Origin: Promethearchaeota archaeon
GTDB taxonomy: Archaea; Asgardarchaeota; Lokiarchaeia; Sigyniarchaeales; SOKP01
Direction: 5' to 3'
DNA length: 64,000 nucleotides
Assembly (NCBI GenBank): GCA_016840165.1
Contig: JAEOSU010000038.1
Location: forward strand, 25,816 to 89,815
In this document: piece after piece, positions 18,490-28,797 of the stretch
Numbering within the stretch: the stretch's first letter is position 1
Layout: the number at the start of each line of letters is the position of its first letter
Translations under genes and position numbers: made by a program
Notes under the pieces: model-generated
What the model was told of the DNA's origin: nothing
The model's input: only the letters and a program-made list of their open reading frames with translations
Database searches by the model: none

Positions 18490-20169
18490 ATGTCAGATGA
18501 AATGTTAGAAGAAATCACTGAAGCTGCTGCAGAAGGAAATTATAAAGAAATTGGACGTTTAGTTAGAAAGGCTCGGAGAAAAGGCTTTAAAGTAGAGGAA
18601 ATAATTGAAGCATTGTCAAGTGGGTTAACGGATACGAGTAAAAAATATAAATCCAAAGGAATGTATCTTGATGATATAATTAAATCTGCGGGAGCTTTTG
18701 AAGTAGGATTTCAAGCGCTAGGTCTTCCAGATCCGACTAAAGAACCTGAAGAGAAAATCATTCTTGGTGTAATGGGAGGGCCATGGACAATTGGAACTAA
18801 CATCGTATCGGCAAATCTTAAAGCTCATGGGTTTGAAGTTATTAATGCAGGGTCAGATGTCACGCCAGAAGATATTGCTAAGAAAACTCTAGAAACGGAT
18901 GCTCGAATAGTTGCTTTTGCTATATATTTAATGCAAACTAAAGGAGATGTTTCAAAATTAGAAGAAGAATTATGGAAACTAGGGATACGTCATAAAGTGA
19001 AAACGATACTCAGTGGTCCAGCAGCATCTTCAATTATGGCTCAAAAGTCAAATGTGGATGCATATGTAAAAGATGTAAACGAGCTAATCCTTAAGGTGAA
19101 AGAATTTTCTGAAGAACTTAAATCAGAAATGAGTTCATATGAGAGAGTAATGACTTCCGTTGCTCATAAAGAACCAGATAGGGTACCATTTATGCCTTTT
19201 GCTCAAACTTTTTCAGCTAAAGTAGCTGGAATTCCTTTCTCTCAGTATGTAAGTAAAGCGGAAAAATTCGTAGAGGGTCAAATAAAAGCTTATAAAATGT
19301 TTGGTTGGGATGCATTATGTTTCTCATCGGACGTAGGAATGTATGCGGAAGCCTGTGGGGCAAAAATTGAGTTTCCATATGATGATGTTCCACGAATTGC
19401 AAAACCCGTTTTAAGTCATGCTAACCTCTATGAGGATTTTAAAAAGTTAGATCTTCCAAATCCAAAGAAGGCTGGTCGGCTCACAGAATCAATTAATGCT
19501 ATTGAAATGGCGAAGAAAGAACTAGGAGATCTTGTTCCCTTGATAGGATGGACTGAGGGACCCTTTCAAGGGGTTACCTTGCTTTCAGGAGCTGATCCAA
19601 TGCAATTATTCTATGTACTAGATCACCCTGATGAATTTAGGGAAATGTTAGATTGGTATGCAGATTTTGAAATTGAAGTAGCTCGGGCAATGTATGAAGC
19701 AGGAGCTGATATTATCGGAGTAGGTGAGACTGCAGCCTATTTTATGTCTCCTAAATTTTTTGAAGAATTTTGTTTAAAACCAGAAAAAAAAGCATGCCAA
19801 GCAATAAAGAAAATGGGCATGATACCACTAATTCATTGCTGTGGATATGTACCGCAGTGTATTCATTTTGCTGTTGAAACTAATCCAGGAGGAGCTATTC
19901 AATTTGATTATCAAGTAGATTTAGCATGGGCTAAAAATGTACTTGCTAACAAAGTAACTATTATGGGGAATCTCAATTATAATAAGTTAACGAATTCAGA
20001 TACCCAAGGGGTATATGAGGATTGCAGAGAACATATTAAAATTGCTGCAAAAGGAGGAGGATTTTGGTTGGCATTTGGATGCGAAATTCCTCGTGAATTA
20101 CCAATTGAGAATATGAGAACAATAATGAGAGCTGTAAAAACAATAGGAAAATACCCAATAAAATCTTAA
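18490..20169 (+). CDS. Corrinoid-binding-like domain fused to MtaA/CmuA (URO-D fold) methyltransferase
   Basis: B12 cap + Rossmann (IG.NIV...GFEVINAG.DV); URO-D-like PDRVP, EACGA, GPF, HCCG, GNL, GCEIP. Confidence 0.85.
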   Translation: MSDEMLEEITEAAAEGNYKEIGRLVRKARRKGFKVEEIIEALSSGLTDTSKKYKSKGMYLDDIIKSAGAFEVGFQALGLPDPTKEPEEKIILGVMGGPWTIGTNIVSANLKAHGFEVINAGSDVTPEDIAKKTLETDARIVAFAIYLMQTKGDVSKLEEELWKLGIRHKVKTILSGPAASSIMAQKSNVDAYVKDVNELILKVKEFSEELKSEMSSYERVMTSVAHKEPDRVPFMPFAQTFSAKVAGIPFSQYVSKAEKFVEGQIKAYKMFGWDALCFSSDVGMYAEACGAKIEFPYDDVPRIAKPVLSHANLYEDFKKLDLPNPKKAGRLTESINAIEMAKKELGDLVPLIGWTEGPFQGVTLLSGADPMQLFYVLDHPDEFREMLDWYADFEIEVARAMYEAGADIIGVGETAAYFMSPKFFEEFCLKPEKKACQAIKKMGMIPLIHCCGYVPQCIHFAVETNPGGAIQFDYQVDLAWAKNVLANKVTIMGNLNYNKLTNSDTQGVYEDCREHIKIAAKGGGFWLAFGCEIPRELPIENMRTIMRAVKTIGKYPIKS

Positions 20170-20287
20170 AAAAGAATATATAACATATAAATATCTTTTA
20201 TATTTTTTAATTACTATAATATCGAATTATTCAATGTTGTCAATGTATAGCCTAAACAACCCTCAATAAATCGATTCACCATAAATT

Positions 20288-20881
20288 ATGTTAGATTTTA
20301 ACAATATTTTGAATTATCTTGAATTTATTAATATAAGTACTGATGATCAATCTATTTTTGAATGGAAACCTCCAAATTCATATAAGAGTTACATGCTTGA
20401 TTTAAATATAGTTAAACAAAATAGAATGAGCAATATTTTCTTTCACCTTAATAAAGGCAATTTAAAAATTGTCCATATTAGAAAAGACAAATTAATCTAT
20501 TCGGCTGGAGCATCTAATGAAATTCAATTTCAGCTCTTAGAGGCTCTAATTGATCATATTTCAATAAAATTTTATGAAATATGGGATGTTGATTATGTTT
20601 TAAGCTATGAGAATTTTACACCTACAGTTTTTAATCCATTTAAAAAAGAAGTCCAAGAAATCATTGAGAAATTTCACACATTAGATTTAATTAAAATTAT
20701 TAATGTTGAGTGTATGGTATGCGAAAAGATACTACCCCTCATCGTAAAAGTAAGTTTGATAAAAAATGCTGAGTCATACCCAGTACCGATTGTTTTTGAT
20801 CATTTAGGACATTCAATCCTTTGCTACATTGATAAAAATTTTCATGTGCGAGGCATAGAACTCGTGAATAAAACAGGTTAA
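20288..20881 (+). CDS. Longin-like domain + small CxxC/His metal-binding domain protein
   Basis: Beta-rich N-terminus, then helices LLEALIDHISIKFYE / FKKEVQEII; C-terminal CMVC...DHLGH. Confidence 0.5.
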   Translation: MLDFNNILNYLEFINISTDDQSIFEWKPPNSYKSYMLDLNIVKQNRMSNIFFHLNKGNLKIVHIRKDKLIYSAGASNEIQFQLLEALIDHISIKFYEIWDVDYVLSYENFTPTVFNPFKKEVQEIIEKFHTLDLIKIINVECMVCEKILPLIVKVSLIKNAESYPVPIVFDHLGHSILCYIDKNFHVRGIELVNKTG

Positions 20882-20968
20882 TTTGTTTTACTGGGATTTA
20901 GGATTCTCTTATTTTAATCATCATTTAATAAGCAAATTATTAATACTTCATTTTTATTAATAAATAAT

Positions 20969-22036
20969 ATGGCTAATAACAATCATTCCGACGAGGATGT
21001 CTTCTTTGAAGATATCGTCAAAAAGACTAAAACGGGGATTACGTTTCCTAAGGAACTCCGAGATATTATGTTTAGTGAAGATGCTGAGATTTATTTTAAA
21101 TTAAAAGTTCCCAAAGATAAAAGTAAGATTATTTTAGAAGTAATTTCAGAAGCAGATGCAGAAAGTCACAAAAAAGTGGTTATTCTTAAATCAAAACCTG
21201 AGTTGAAATCTAAAGGAAAAAAGAATGGAGAAATTGTTAGTGGTGGGACTAGTTTAGCGCCTAATTGGGGTGATTATTTTGTATATGATTTTAAAAGTAG
21301 AGAAAAAGTTAAACCTATCTTAGAATCCGCGTTTTATAAATTTGCAGAAACTCCAATGAATTTAGAAGACGCCATGGGAAGAGTAAAATATGTCTTGGTT
21401 TCCTTTTTAACGTCAAAAGTTAAAACAGAAAATGCTAAACTCTATTATTCTGTTATAAGGTTTTTAAATGATATTATTGAAAAATTTAATCAACCTAATT
21501 TATTAGATTGGATTTTTGAAAAAATCATCCCTAATATTGAAAGTAAATTCCTATATGAGCTTGCTCTTTTAGATCTGGTCGAAATCTCATTAAAAGTAAA
21601 ACGATGGGAAAAAGCAGAATTATACATCTTTTATGTCCTAAAAAATATAGATGAATATCCTCCCTCAGAAATGTATAATGTGATGAATAGCTTTAAACAA
21701 TTAGTTAAGAAAGTGAAAGGTGTTGAACGTAGCGATAAAATTGATATATTACTTAAAGAGAAGTTGATGGAATATGCCGAAAATGTAATTAAGGAAGATG
21801 TTGATTATAAAATCCAGATAATTGAATTTTTAGAAGATTTAGATTATATCGAACTCGCTTATAAACTTGCAAAAGAATTAGAGAAAACTCTCCCCCCTAA
21901 GAGTGTTCGTATTGATGAAGTGAGAAAAATTGTTAAAAGATTATATATTGCTCCTATTGCTGAAAATAAACCACAATCGAGTATAGATTATGATGAAATT
22001 GATGAAGATGATAATACCGAAAAAGATCAGACTTGA
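20969..22036 (+). CDS. AbrB/SpoVT-like N-terminal DNA-binding domain + alpha-helical repeat protein
   Basis: GITFPKELRD motif typical of the AbrB fold; helical C-terminal region. Confidence 0.55.
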   Translation: MANNNHSDEDVFFEDIVKKTKTGITFPKELRDIMFSEDAEIYFKLKVPKDKSKIILEVISEADAESHKKVVILKSKPELKSKGKKNGEIVSGGTSLAPNWGDYFVYDFKSREKVKPILESAFYKFAETPMNLEDAMGRVKYVLVSFLTSKVKTENAKLYYSVIRFLNDIIEKFNQPNLLDWIFEKIIPNIESKFLYELALLDLVEISLKVKRWEKAELYIFYVLKNIDEYPPSEMYNVMNSFKQLVKKVKGVERSDKIDILLKEKLMEYAENVIKEDVDYKIQIIEFLEDLDYIELAYKLAKELEKTLPPKSVRIDEVRKIVKRLYIAPIAENKPQSSIDYDEIDEDDNTEKDQT

Positions 22037-22101
22037 AATGTTATATTTAACCACGTTTATTACTAATACAATTATTAAAGTATTGGAAGAGGTAATTAAA
22101 G

Positions 22102-22719
22102 GTGATTGATCCATTTGTCATTAAGATATTTTTTCTCATTGTTATCCTTTCCTTTCTTGTTGGAATGTTTGTCCCAATGATAATAATAAAGAAGAAAGGA
22201 TATGATCCTCATGGAACACATGAAAGTGCTTCATTTCTAACCAAATTGACTCCTTATACAATTTTCACATGGCTTACATACATTATTCTATATATTATAA
22301 TGGATGAAGAAATCTTACTCTTTTTAGGATTAGATGTTTTAATTTCAGATTTTTTTGTTATCATGGGAATGATTATTGTTAGTTTAGGTTTATTATTAGA
22401 TTTATGGGGGACTCTCTCACTTGGAACTAATTTTAGGATTGAACTTCCAAAAGAAAATATTTCATTAAATACTACAGGAGTTTATAGGTTAATGAGAAAT
22501 CCTATAGTAGTAGGAGTATATTTTCTTCTGCTTGGAAGTTTTCTGATTATCCCAACCGTATTATCATTAATCTTCCTAATAATAAATATATTAACTTTTG
22601 ATTCTAAAGTAAGAGATGAAGAAAGATATCTTGCTAAAAAGTTTGGTAATGAATATAGGGATTATAGGGAAAAGGTAGGCAGATATTTTCCATTTAATAT
22701 TTTAAAGATAAGAGAATGA
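22102..22719 (+). CDS. Isoprenylcysteine carboxyl methyltransferase / PEMT family protein
   Basis: LG.NF, TGVYRLMRNP, EERYL...FG.EY.DY...VGRY. Confidence 0.88.
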   Translation: MIDPFVIKIFFLIVILSFLVGMFVPMIIIKKKGYDPHGTHESASFLTKLTPYTIFTWLTYIILYIIMDEEILLFLGLDVLISDFFVIMGMIIVSLGLLLDLWGTLSLGTNFRIELPKENISLNTTGVYRLMRNPIVVGVYFLLLGSFLIIPTVLSLIFLIINILTFDSKVRDEERYLAKKFGNEYRDYREKVGRYFPFNILKIRE

Positions 22720-22762
22720 ATATCTTTTCTGTAAATTAATAAATTTTAAAAATGAATTTAAA

Positions 22763-23398
22763 ATGGGTTTAAAAAAAAAGTTAGTGGCTCAAGTTAGAAA
22801 TCCAAGCGGGAAATTAGGGCGCTTTATCGCTAGAGGAATGAATAAGGGGCATGCTAAATTAGCTAAATGGGGTATATCTAAGATTTTGATCAAGCCAGAT
22901 TATTTTATTCTGGATATTGGGTGTGGAGGAGGAGGAAATCTCCATAGGTTTGGAGAGATGATAAAAGATGGAAAGGTTTATGGAATTGATTCCTCAGAGA
23001 CTTCAGTAAACATAAGCAAGAAAATAAATAAAAATCAAATTGATAATGGAATTATAGAGATACAAAAAGCCTCAGTATCTTCATTACCTTTTAATAATAA
23101 TTTCTTTAATTTAGTCACTGGTTTTGAATCATACTATTTTTGGCCAGATTTAATTAAAGACTTGAATGAAATATATAGAGTTCTTAAACCAAAAGGAAAA
23201 TTAATCCTTGTTAATGAAGGATATCTTTGCGATAACACGAAGAAAAGGAAAAAAGCTGAAAAATGGTCAATATTGGGAAATTTTCATATACATTCACCCA
23301 AAGAATATGAAGACTTCTTAACTAAAGCTGGATTTATTAATATTCAAATTTTTGAAGAAAGAAAAAAAGGATGGATTGCTGTTATTGGCGTTAAATAA
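22763..23398 (+). CDS. Class I SAM-dependent methyltransferase
   Basis: ILDIGCGGG, GIDSS, LPF...F, EIYRVLKPKG. Confidence 0.92.
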   Translation: MGLKKKLVAQVRNPSGKLGRFIARGMNKGHAKLAKWGISKILIKPDYFILDIGCGGGGNLHRFGEMIKDGKVYGIDSSETSVNISKKINKNQIDNGIIEIQKASVSSLPFNNNFFNLVTGFESYYFWPDLIKDLNEIYRVLKPKGKLILVNEGYLCDNTKKRKKAEKWSILGNFHIHSPKEYEDFLTKAGFINIQIFEERKKGWIAVIGVK

Positions 23399-23425
23399 AT
23401 AGTAATTCTAAAAGAATAGAAAGAA

Positions 23426-24658
23426 TTAGTCATTCTCTTCTTCTTTTTTATCTTTTTCTTCAAAAAATTCTTCGGCTCTCTCTAATTCACCTTCTAATAA
23501 TTCTTTTTCTTTTTGTTTAATTTGCTTTTCTTTTAATTCTAATTCGACTCGAGATAATTCATTTTCCTTTTCTATTAGTTCTTCTTTTATTTTTAACGCT
23601 TCTTCCTTCTTCTCAATTGCTTTTTCTTCAATTTCTTTTTCTCGTAATTCTAGTTCAAGTTTCTTCTTTTTCAGTTCGAAATCCTTCTTTTTAAGCTCTA
23701 TCTCTTTATCTAAGATATCAGATTCTTCCTTTTTTATTATTTTTTTAATTTTCTTTGGTAACTCTTCTCTTTTCGCAGGTTTTTCTATTTCATGATCAAT
23801 AATATCTTCTTTTATTTTCAATGCTTTTTCTTTTTCTTGAATAAATTGTTCTTCAAGTTGCTTTTCTTTTTCTTCCAATTCTAATTTTTTCTTTTGAATT
23901 GCAATTTTTTTCTTTTTTAACTCTAATTCTTTATCAGTGATTTCCGTTTCTTCCTGTTCTAAGTCGGATTCTTCTTCTACTATATCTTCTATACCATCGA
24001 CAGAAACTATAGATTTTAAAATCTTATCCGCATTTTCTTTTAGTTCCTTATCTTCCGGGAATTCTTTAACGTAATTAGAAATTATTTTTGTTATTAATGA
24101 TGGTTTATCTTTACCTATAGCAGTTAATGCTTGAATAGCTTTTTTCACTACGAAATCCTTTTCATCACTTAATTTTTCCGTAATCGCTTTAATCAAATCA
24201 TCATCTTCAATGTTCAATTCTCCCCCTGCTATAAAAATTAAGAGTTGAAGATCGGCCTCCCTTACATTGGGATCGTCAGAATTTAATAAATCTTTACTAT
24301 AAGGTAAAAATAAGTCACATTCATCTTCACACATTGATTTAAGTAATAGTAGAAACGAATAACGAAGAACTGAGTCTCTTTTTGATAAATTTTCTAGCAA
24401 GGAAGGAATATCAATGATTAAACGCTCAATTAAGAAACGAAGAACCGTTCTACCTCCATGTAAGAGCATAAGCGTCTCAATGATGTCTTCAAGACGATCT
24501 AAGTAATCTTCATCCGTCGCGTCTCCTAGATAAAGTGCGATAATATTTACGACATCATCAAATCTCTCATCTTTCATGAAATCTTTTATTTTACTTATTT
24601 CAGGATTTTCTTGTTGTTTTTCACTCAATTTTTTCTCTCCTTCATAATTTAAATCCAA
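23426..24658 (-). CDS. HEAT/ARM-repeat protein with duplicated charged coiled-coil tail
   Basis: LLNSDDPNVRE, LSDEKDFVVKKA HEAT motifs; E/K-rich tail; start may be the internal TTG (MSEKQ). Confidence 0.7.
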   Translation of the reverse strand: MDLNYEGEKKLSEKQQENPEISKIKDFMKDERFDDVVNIIALYLGDATDEDYLDRLEDIIETLMLLHGGRTVLRFLIERLIIDIPSLLENLSKRDSVLRYSFLLLLKSMCEDECDLFLPYSKDLLNSDDPNVREADLQLLIFIAGGELNIEDDDLIKAITEKLSDEKDFVVKKAIQALTAIGKDKPSLITKIISNYVKEFPEDKELKENADKILKSIVSVDGIEDIVEEESDLEQEETEITDKELELKKKKIAIQKKKLELEEKEKQLEEQFIQEKEKALKIKEDIIDHEIEKPAKREELPKKIKKIIKKEESDILDKEIELKKKDFELKKKKLELELREKEIEEKAIEKKEEALKIKEELIEKENELSRVELELKEKQIKQKEKELLEGELERAEEFFEEKDKKEEEND

Positions 24659-25578
24659 ATTATATAAAAATCATTATATAAACGAAATAAAATATTAAAC
24701 ACTAAACGCAAGTCTCGATATCTAATGCCATTTTTTACATCGATATGTAATCTAATTTTTAGGTTTTCCTTTTTATCGATATATAAATTAATCTCTTTAC
24801 AAAATTGACTCAAAGCATCCAAATCATTAGCAAAAGTATTCCATAAATATTGATCCTTCTTATTATCATCATTTTCAGGTGGTTCTTGGCTTGTTCTGTT
24901 TAATATATCTTTAGGAATATAAGTTTTAATTTCAACACAATCATCTGGAATAAGATTTCGCTCAATTTCTGGAAAGTATAGAGAGGTGAATAAATCTGTT
25001 AAACCTTTTAATATTTCTAAGTTGGCGATCATCTCCCTATTGGCATTACATAAAGCATACTTTTCATTTAAAAAGATAATGTGTATCTTTTCTTCAAATT
25101 TAAAAATCAAATAATTTATTTTATTAGTCAAGAAATATTGAAAATCTTCATCTCGATTATTTATTCGATCTTTAAAAATATCAGTAGCTGCCTTAAAATC
25201 CCCTTTCGATAAAAATTTATTTAATTTTCTATAATCTCCATGAAAAAACACGTCTACAAAGTCTATTAAATACAAATACGTATCAAATGGTTTATAAATT
25301 ACCGTTTTATTTCGAAAATCACGTTGAATAATATTTTTGTGAACACTATAACAAAATTTCGGTTGATCTTCAAGACTTAATCCATTCAATATTCTAAGTT
25401 TGAGCAAAAATCTTTTAGAACACATTGGAGAGAGTGTGCATAAAATTCTATCACGCTCACATTCTTCAAAGCATAACTTTTTAATTCGGTTATTTAATAA
25501 TTCTAGCAATTCATCTTTAGTTTTCGAGTCTGATTCCGATGTAATAAACTTATCAATGTGTTCAGGGGTTAACGGCAT
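24649..25578 (-). CDS. Hypothetical protein with N-terminal Cys cluster
   Basis: CFEEC..C...C...C pattern; abuts the downstream HEAT gene. Confidence 0.65.
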   Translation of the reverse strand: MPLTPEHIDKFITSESDSKTKDELLELLNNRIKKLCFEECERDRILCTLSPMCSKRFLLKLRILNGLSLEDQPKFCYSVHKNIIQRDFRNKTVIYKPFDTYLYLIDFVDVFFHGDYRKLNKFLSKGDFKAATDIFKDRINNRDEDFQYFLTNKINYLIFKFEEKIHIIFLNEKYALCNANREMIANLEILKGLTDLFTSLYFPEIERNLIPDDCVEIKTYIPKDILNRTSQEPPENDDNKKDQYLWNTFANDLDALSQFCKEINLYIDKKENLKIRLHIDVKNGIRYRDLRLVFNILFRLYNDFYIIWI

Positions 25579-25775
25579 TTCTTGAAATTTTTTTTCTTTA
25601 CTATATACATTAGTATTGATCTGATCTAATTGTAATTACTAATTTTTCATTTCATAAATTATTTTATTATCATTTATAATTTCGAATTTTGTAAACAAAA
25701 TATATTAATAAGTGTTTTTTATATTTTTATTAAGAATATTAATAGCGTTCCTAATAAGAAAGCAGAAAGATAAAA

Positions 25776-27284
25776 ATGTTAAGACAACTTCACGTTTTTC
25801 TCAAAAGTGAGTTATTATTTACTCATACATATGCAATGGCCGTTGGAGATGAAGAGGTAAGTAATGTTAAAAAAGTTCTTGGTTCTTTTCTTGAGATGCC
25901 AATGCCAGGTAAAACATTTCAATTTCCTGGCTCCAATTTTCAAATATTTCATCGAAGCAAGGATAATTTAATATTTATATTCATAACCGATTTAATAGAC
26001 AATAAGGACTATATTGAAAAGATCCTTATTAAAACAATTGACAAATTCCAATCTCTTTTTCCGAACATTGGTTCTATTGAGCATTCCATATTATCTTCAA
26101 ATGAATTTCTTGATTTTCTAAATAAAATCCAACATGAAATGCATTCAAAAATAGCACTCATGGGACCCTACAAATCTGGAAAGACTTCTCTTTATCAATT
26201 ACTTAAAGATAATGAAGAACGTGATATTGCAGATTTTGCAAAAGTATCTCTTTTTAATTTAAATAAACTTCAATTTGATTTATGGGATTTTCAATTACCT
26301 GAAAATTATCATGGATTATGGGGCAAATTCATAAAAGGCTCAGATTTAATAATACTCCTATTTGATATCTCAGACTATAATTTGAAGGTAATAGAACATT
26401 TTTTACAGTTATATAATCAAGAAAGTAAGCTTTCAAGACTTTTAATTCTAGGGAATAAGGCTGATTTAATTAATGAAGAGGAAATAAAACTAACTTCTAA
26501 TTTATTAAAAATAGGTAAATATCAAACGATATCTTTGAAACAAACTGATGCTGAACAAAAACTAAAAGAACTCATCGGGCAAAGCTTAAGGTTAAAAAAA
26601 GGATTACCAGATAAATTTAACATTTTAATCAAAGAAGCTGAACAAATAGAAAATGATAGAAATTATGTATTAGCAATAGCAAAATACAAAGAATTAATCA
26701 AGATTTGTAATGAATATCAAGACTTTCTTTATATCTCCGGATTTAAAGATAAAGTTGAGCAACTTACTGAAAAACTAGAAAAAGATAAAAAATTTAGACG
26801 TCAACAAGGAATTAAGCTTAAATTTGAGATTCCAAACCAAATTAAATTCCATCAAAAAGTTAGTGTCAAACCACTTCCTAGTGAAGGCCCACAAGAATTA
26901 ATAAAACCAGTTCCTCCCAAAAAAGGTTTTATTGAAATGCCTCTTGAGGGTACATATAAGAAAAAGAAATTAGAAAACCTTACCTTGTTTACTCAAGAGG
27001 ATAAAGAAGAGGCGGAAAAAAAGGAGTTCTTAGAACCAGAGGATATTAGTTTCGATATAAAACTAAAAGCTCCCGAAGAGAAAGAGCTTTCTATTGAAAA
27101 GGAGATCTCGAGTTCGGAATTTCCTAAAAAATTACAAACTCTTATTATAAAAAATGGAAGCTCTCTTAGCTTAAATTTATGTGAACATCTTATAAAAGAA
27201 TTAAAGAAAACGCTCGATAGGCCATTAACCATAGAGGATGTTGAAACCGCGGCGAAAATTTTTGTCAATCAAGAGAATCTATAA
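25776..27284 (+). CDS. Longin-like domain + degenerate small GTPase + helical C-terminal region
   Basis: G1 GPYKSGKTS, G4 GNKAD; G3 is WDFQ rather than DxxG. Confidence 0.7.
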   Translation: MLRQLHVFLKSELLFTHTYAMAVGDEEVSNVKKVLGSFLEMPMPGKTFQFPGSNFQIFHRSKDNLIFIFITDLIDNKDYIEKILIKTIDKFQSLFPNIGSIEHSILSSNEFLDFLNKIQHEMHSKIALMGPYKSGKTSLYQLLKDNEERDIADFAKVSLFNLNKLQFDLWDFQLPENYHGLWGKFIKGSDLIILLFDISDYNLKVIEHFLQLYNQESKLSRLLILGNKADLINEEEIKLTSNLLKIGKYQTISLKQTDAEQKLKELIGQSLRLKKGLPDKFNILIKEAEQIENDRNYVLAIAKYKELIKICNEYQDFLYISGFKDKVEQLTEKLEKDKKFRRQQGIKLKFEIPNQIKFHQKVSVKPLPSEGPQELIKPVPPKKGFIEMPLEGTYKKKKLENLTLFTQEDKEEAEKKEFLEPEDISFDIKLKAPEEKELSIEKEISSSEFPKKLQTLIIKNGSSLSLNLCEHLIKELKKTLDRPLTIEDVETAAKIFVNQENL

Positions 27285-27303
27285 ATACATTCAAATTTAA
27301 ACA

Positions 27304-28797
27304 TTAAAAGATAGAAATTAACATTCTATAGTAATTTGGTAAAAAAACATACATTATTGTGTTTCCTATCAGGAAAATGATTAATAATATTGCAATTAAA
27401 TTCACAAATTTATATTTTAATTTTGGTGTTGAATCTTTCTCTAAATAGGAACTGTTTTTACTTATGTAAACCTGAATAAAAAAGTGAGATGTGTAGAGAA
27501 GATTTATTAGAACTGAGATTATAAAAAAACTTATTGCGATAATATACACCAAGCTTATCAGCGAATTAATCAAGAGGAATGCAACCTCAAAATAGAAAAG
27601 GATAAAATAAATAAAGATTAAACTAACTGGAAATATCAATAATACACCAGAGAGAAATAATAACAATCCAAAAAATTTGTTATTTTTCCAAAAATTACCT
27701 AAGAACCTCACATTATCTTCATAAGATACATTCGCTACTTGTAGAAATGAATAAGACAGTAATAACTTAATAATGATTAAATTTGCATATAGAAAACCTA
27801 ATAAATTTAGCATATCACCACTATAAGACTCAGGGAACAGAGAAAAAATCATGAATAAAAATAGAACTAGATTAGAGTCACTTATTATGCTATAACCTAT
27901 TATCTTTTTAGTTGAATAAGTAAATCCATCTTGAGATGTATATAACTCCAAAATAATATAATAAATAGCGATGACTATACCTGTACCTGAAAAAATTAAA
28001 CTTATAAAAATAGTAATAAAATTAAGCAGACTAATAGCATGCAATATTCGTATAATGCTAACTAATGTTATGAAATTAAAAGCCATATAAATGATTAAAT
28101 GGAAAAAATTAATTTCCTGAAAATACAGTTTAAGATGAAAAACATAAAAGGGAAAAAATCCGCATGCTATGCCCATTCCAAGTATTAACAATATCGCTAC
28201 GATAGTACCAGCGATATCGGATGTTATAATAGCCCCGATATTATAAATCTGTATTGTGCCGGTATTAAAGTAATAGATTAATGCTGCTAATATGAGTAGG
28301 ATAATGCTTAGAACACAAGCTAAGAAATAAGTCTTTAATAGGTTAAACTCTTTCTTAAACTCTCCAAAATAAAAAATCATCCCTACCAGCATTGAGGTCA
28401 AGATAAAAAATGCGATTAAAGTTAAGAAATTGATACTGATAACCATACCTATAAGTGATAAAAAAATCAGTAATGAAAATGTATCAAATAAATAGGCATT
28501 TGGATACTCTTCTGAAGTAAACTTGATAAAAATTGAAAAAATGACTTGAAAGAGGAAAATAATTCCCATTAGGATATATTGATTTGAGGAAAAGAGAATA
28601 TTGAATATGGATTCTTGATGGGGAAAAAGAAGATTAAGTACGATAAGTATTAAAGTTATGATTAGATTTACAGATGATAAAATTAAGTGAATAGTTTTAC
28701 GAATTTCATAAGTTTTTACCACCAGCATTAATAATGCTCCAGCCAATAATAGAATAGCGGGAATTATTGCTATGAAAAGAAATATTGGAATGGTCAA
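27304..28797 (-). CDS. Divergent antiporter-like (NuoN/MrpD family) membrane subunit
   Basis: ~14 TM; GFFPF, KKIIGYSIIS resemble PFHxW and KRxLAYSSIS. Confidence 0.65.
   Translation of the reverse strand: MTIPIFLFIAIIPAILLLAGALLMLVVKTYEIRKTIHLILSSVNLIITLILIVLNLLFPHQESIFNILFSSNQYILMGIIFLFQVIFSIFIKFTSEEYPNAYLFDTFSLLIFLSLIGMVISINFLTLIAFFILTSMLVGMIFYFGEFKKEFNLLKTYFLACVLSIILLILAALIYYFNTGTIQIYNIGAIITSDIAGTIVAILLILGMGIACGFFPFYVFHLKLYFQEINFFHLIIYMAFNFITLVSIIRILHAISLLNFITIFISLIFSGTGIVIAIYYIILELYTSQDGFTYSTKKIIGYSIISDSNLVLFLFMIFSLFPESYSGDMLNLLGFLYANLIIIKLLLSYSFLQVANVSYEDNVRFLGNFWKNNKFFGLLLFLSGVLLIFPVSLIFIYFILFYFEVAFLLINSLISLVYIIAISFFIISVLINLLYTSHFFIQVYISKNSSYLEKDSTPKLKYKFVNLIAILLIIFLIGNTIMYVFLPNYYRMLISIF

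Noticed and set aside
23426-23990. TTC/TTT-rich low-complexity DNA as a tandem repeat or array
   Set aside because: It is the reverse complement of Glu/Lys codons in a coiled coil; no repeat-spacer structure.
27120-27284. RPLTIEDVETAA resembling the end of a histone fold
   Set aside because: The preceding helix is far too short for histone alpha-2; more likely a small helical bundle.
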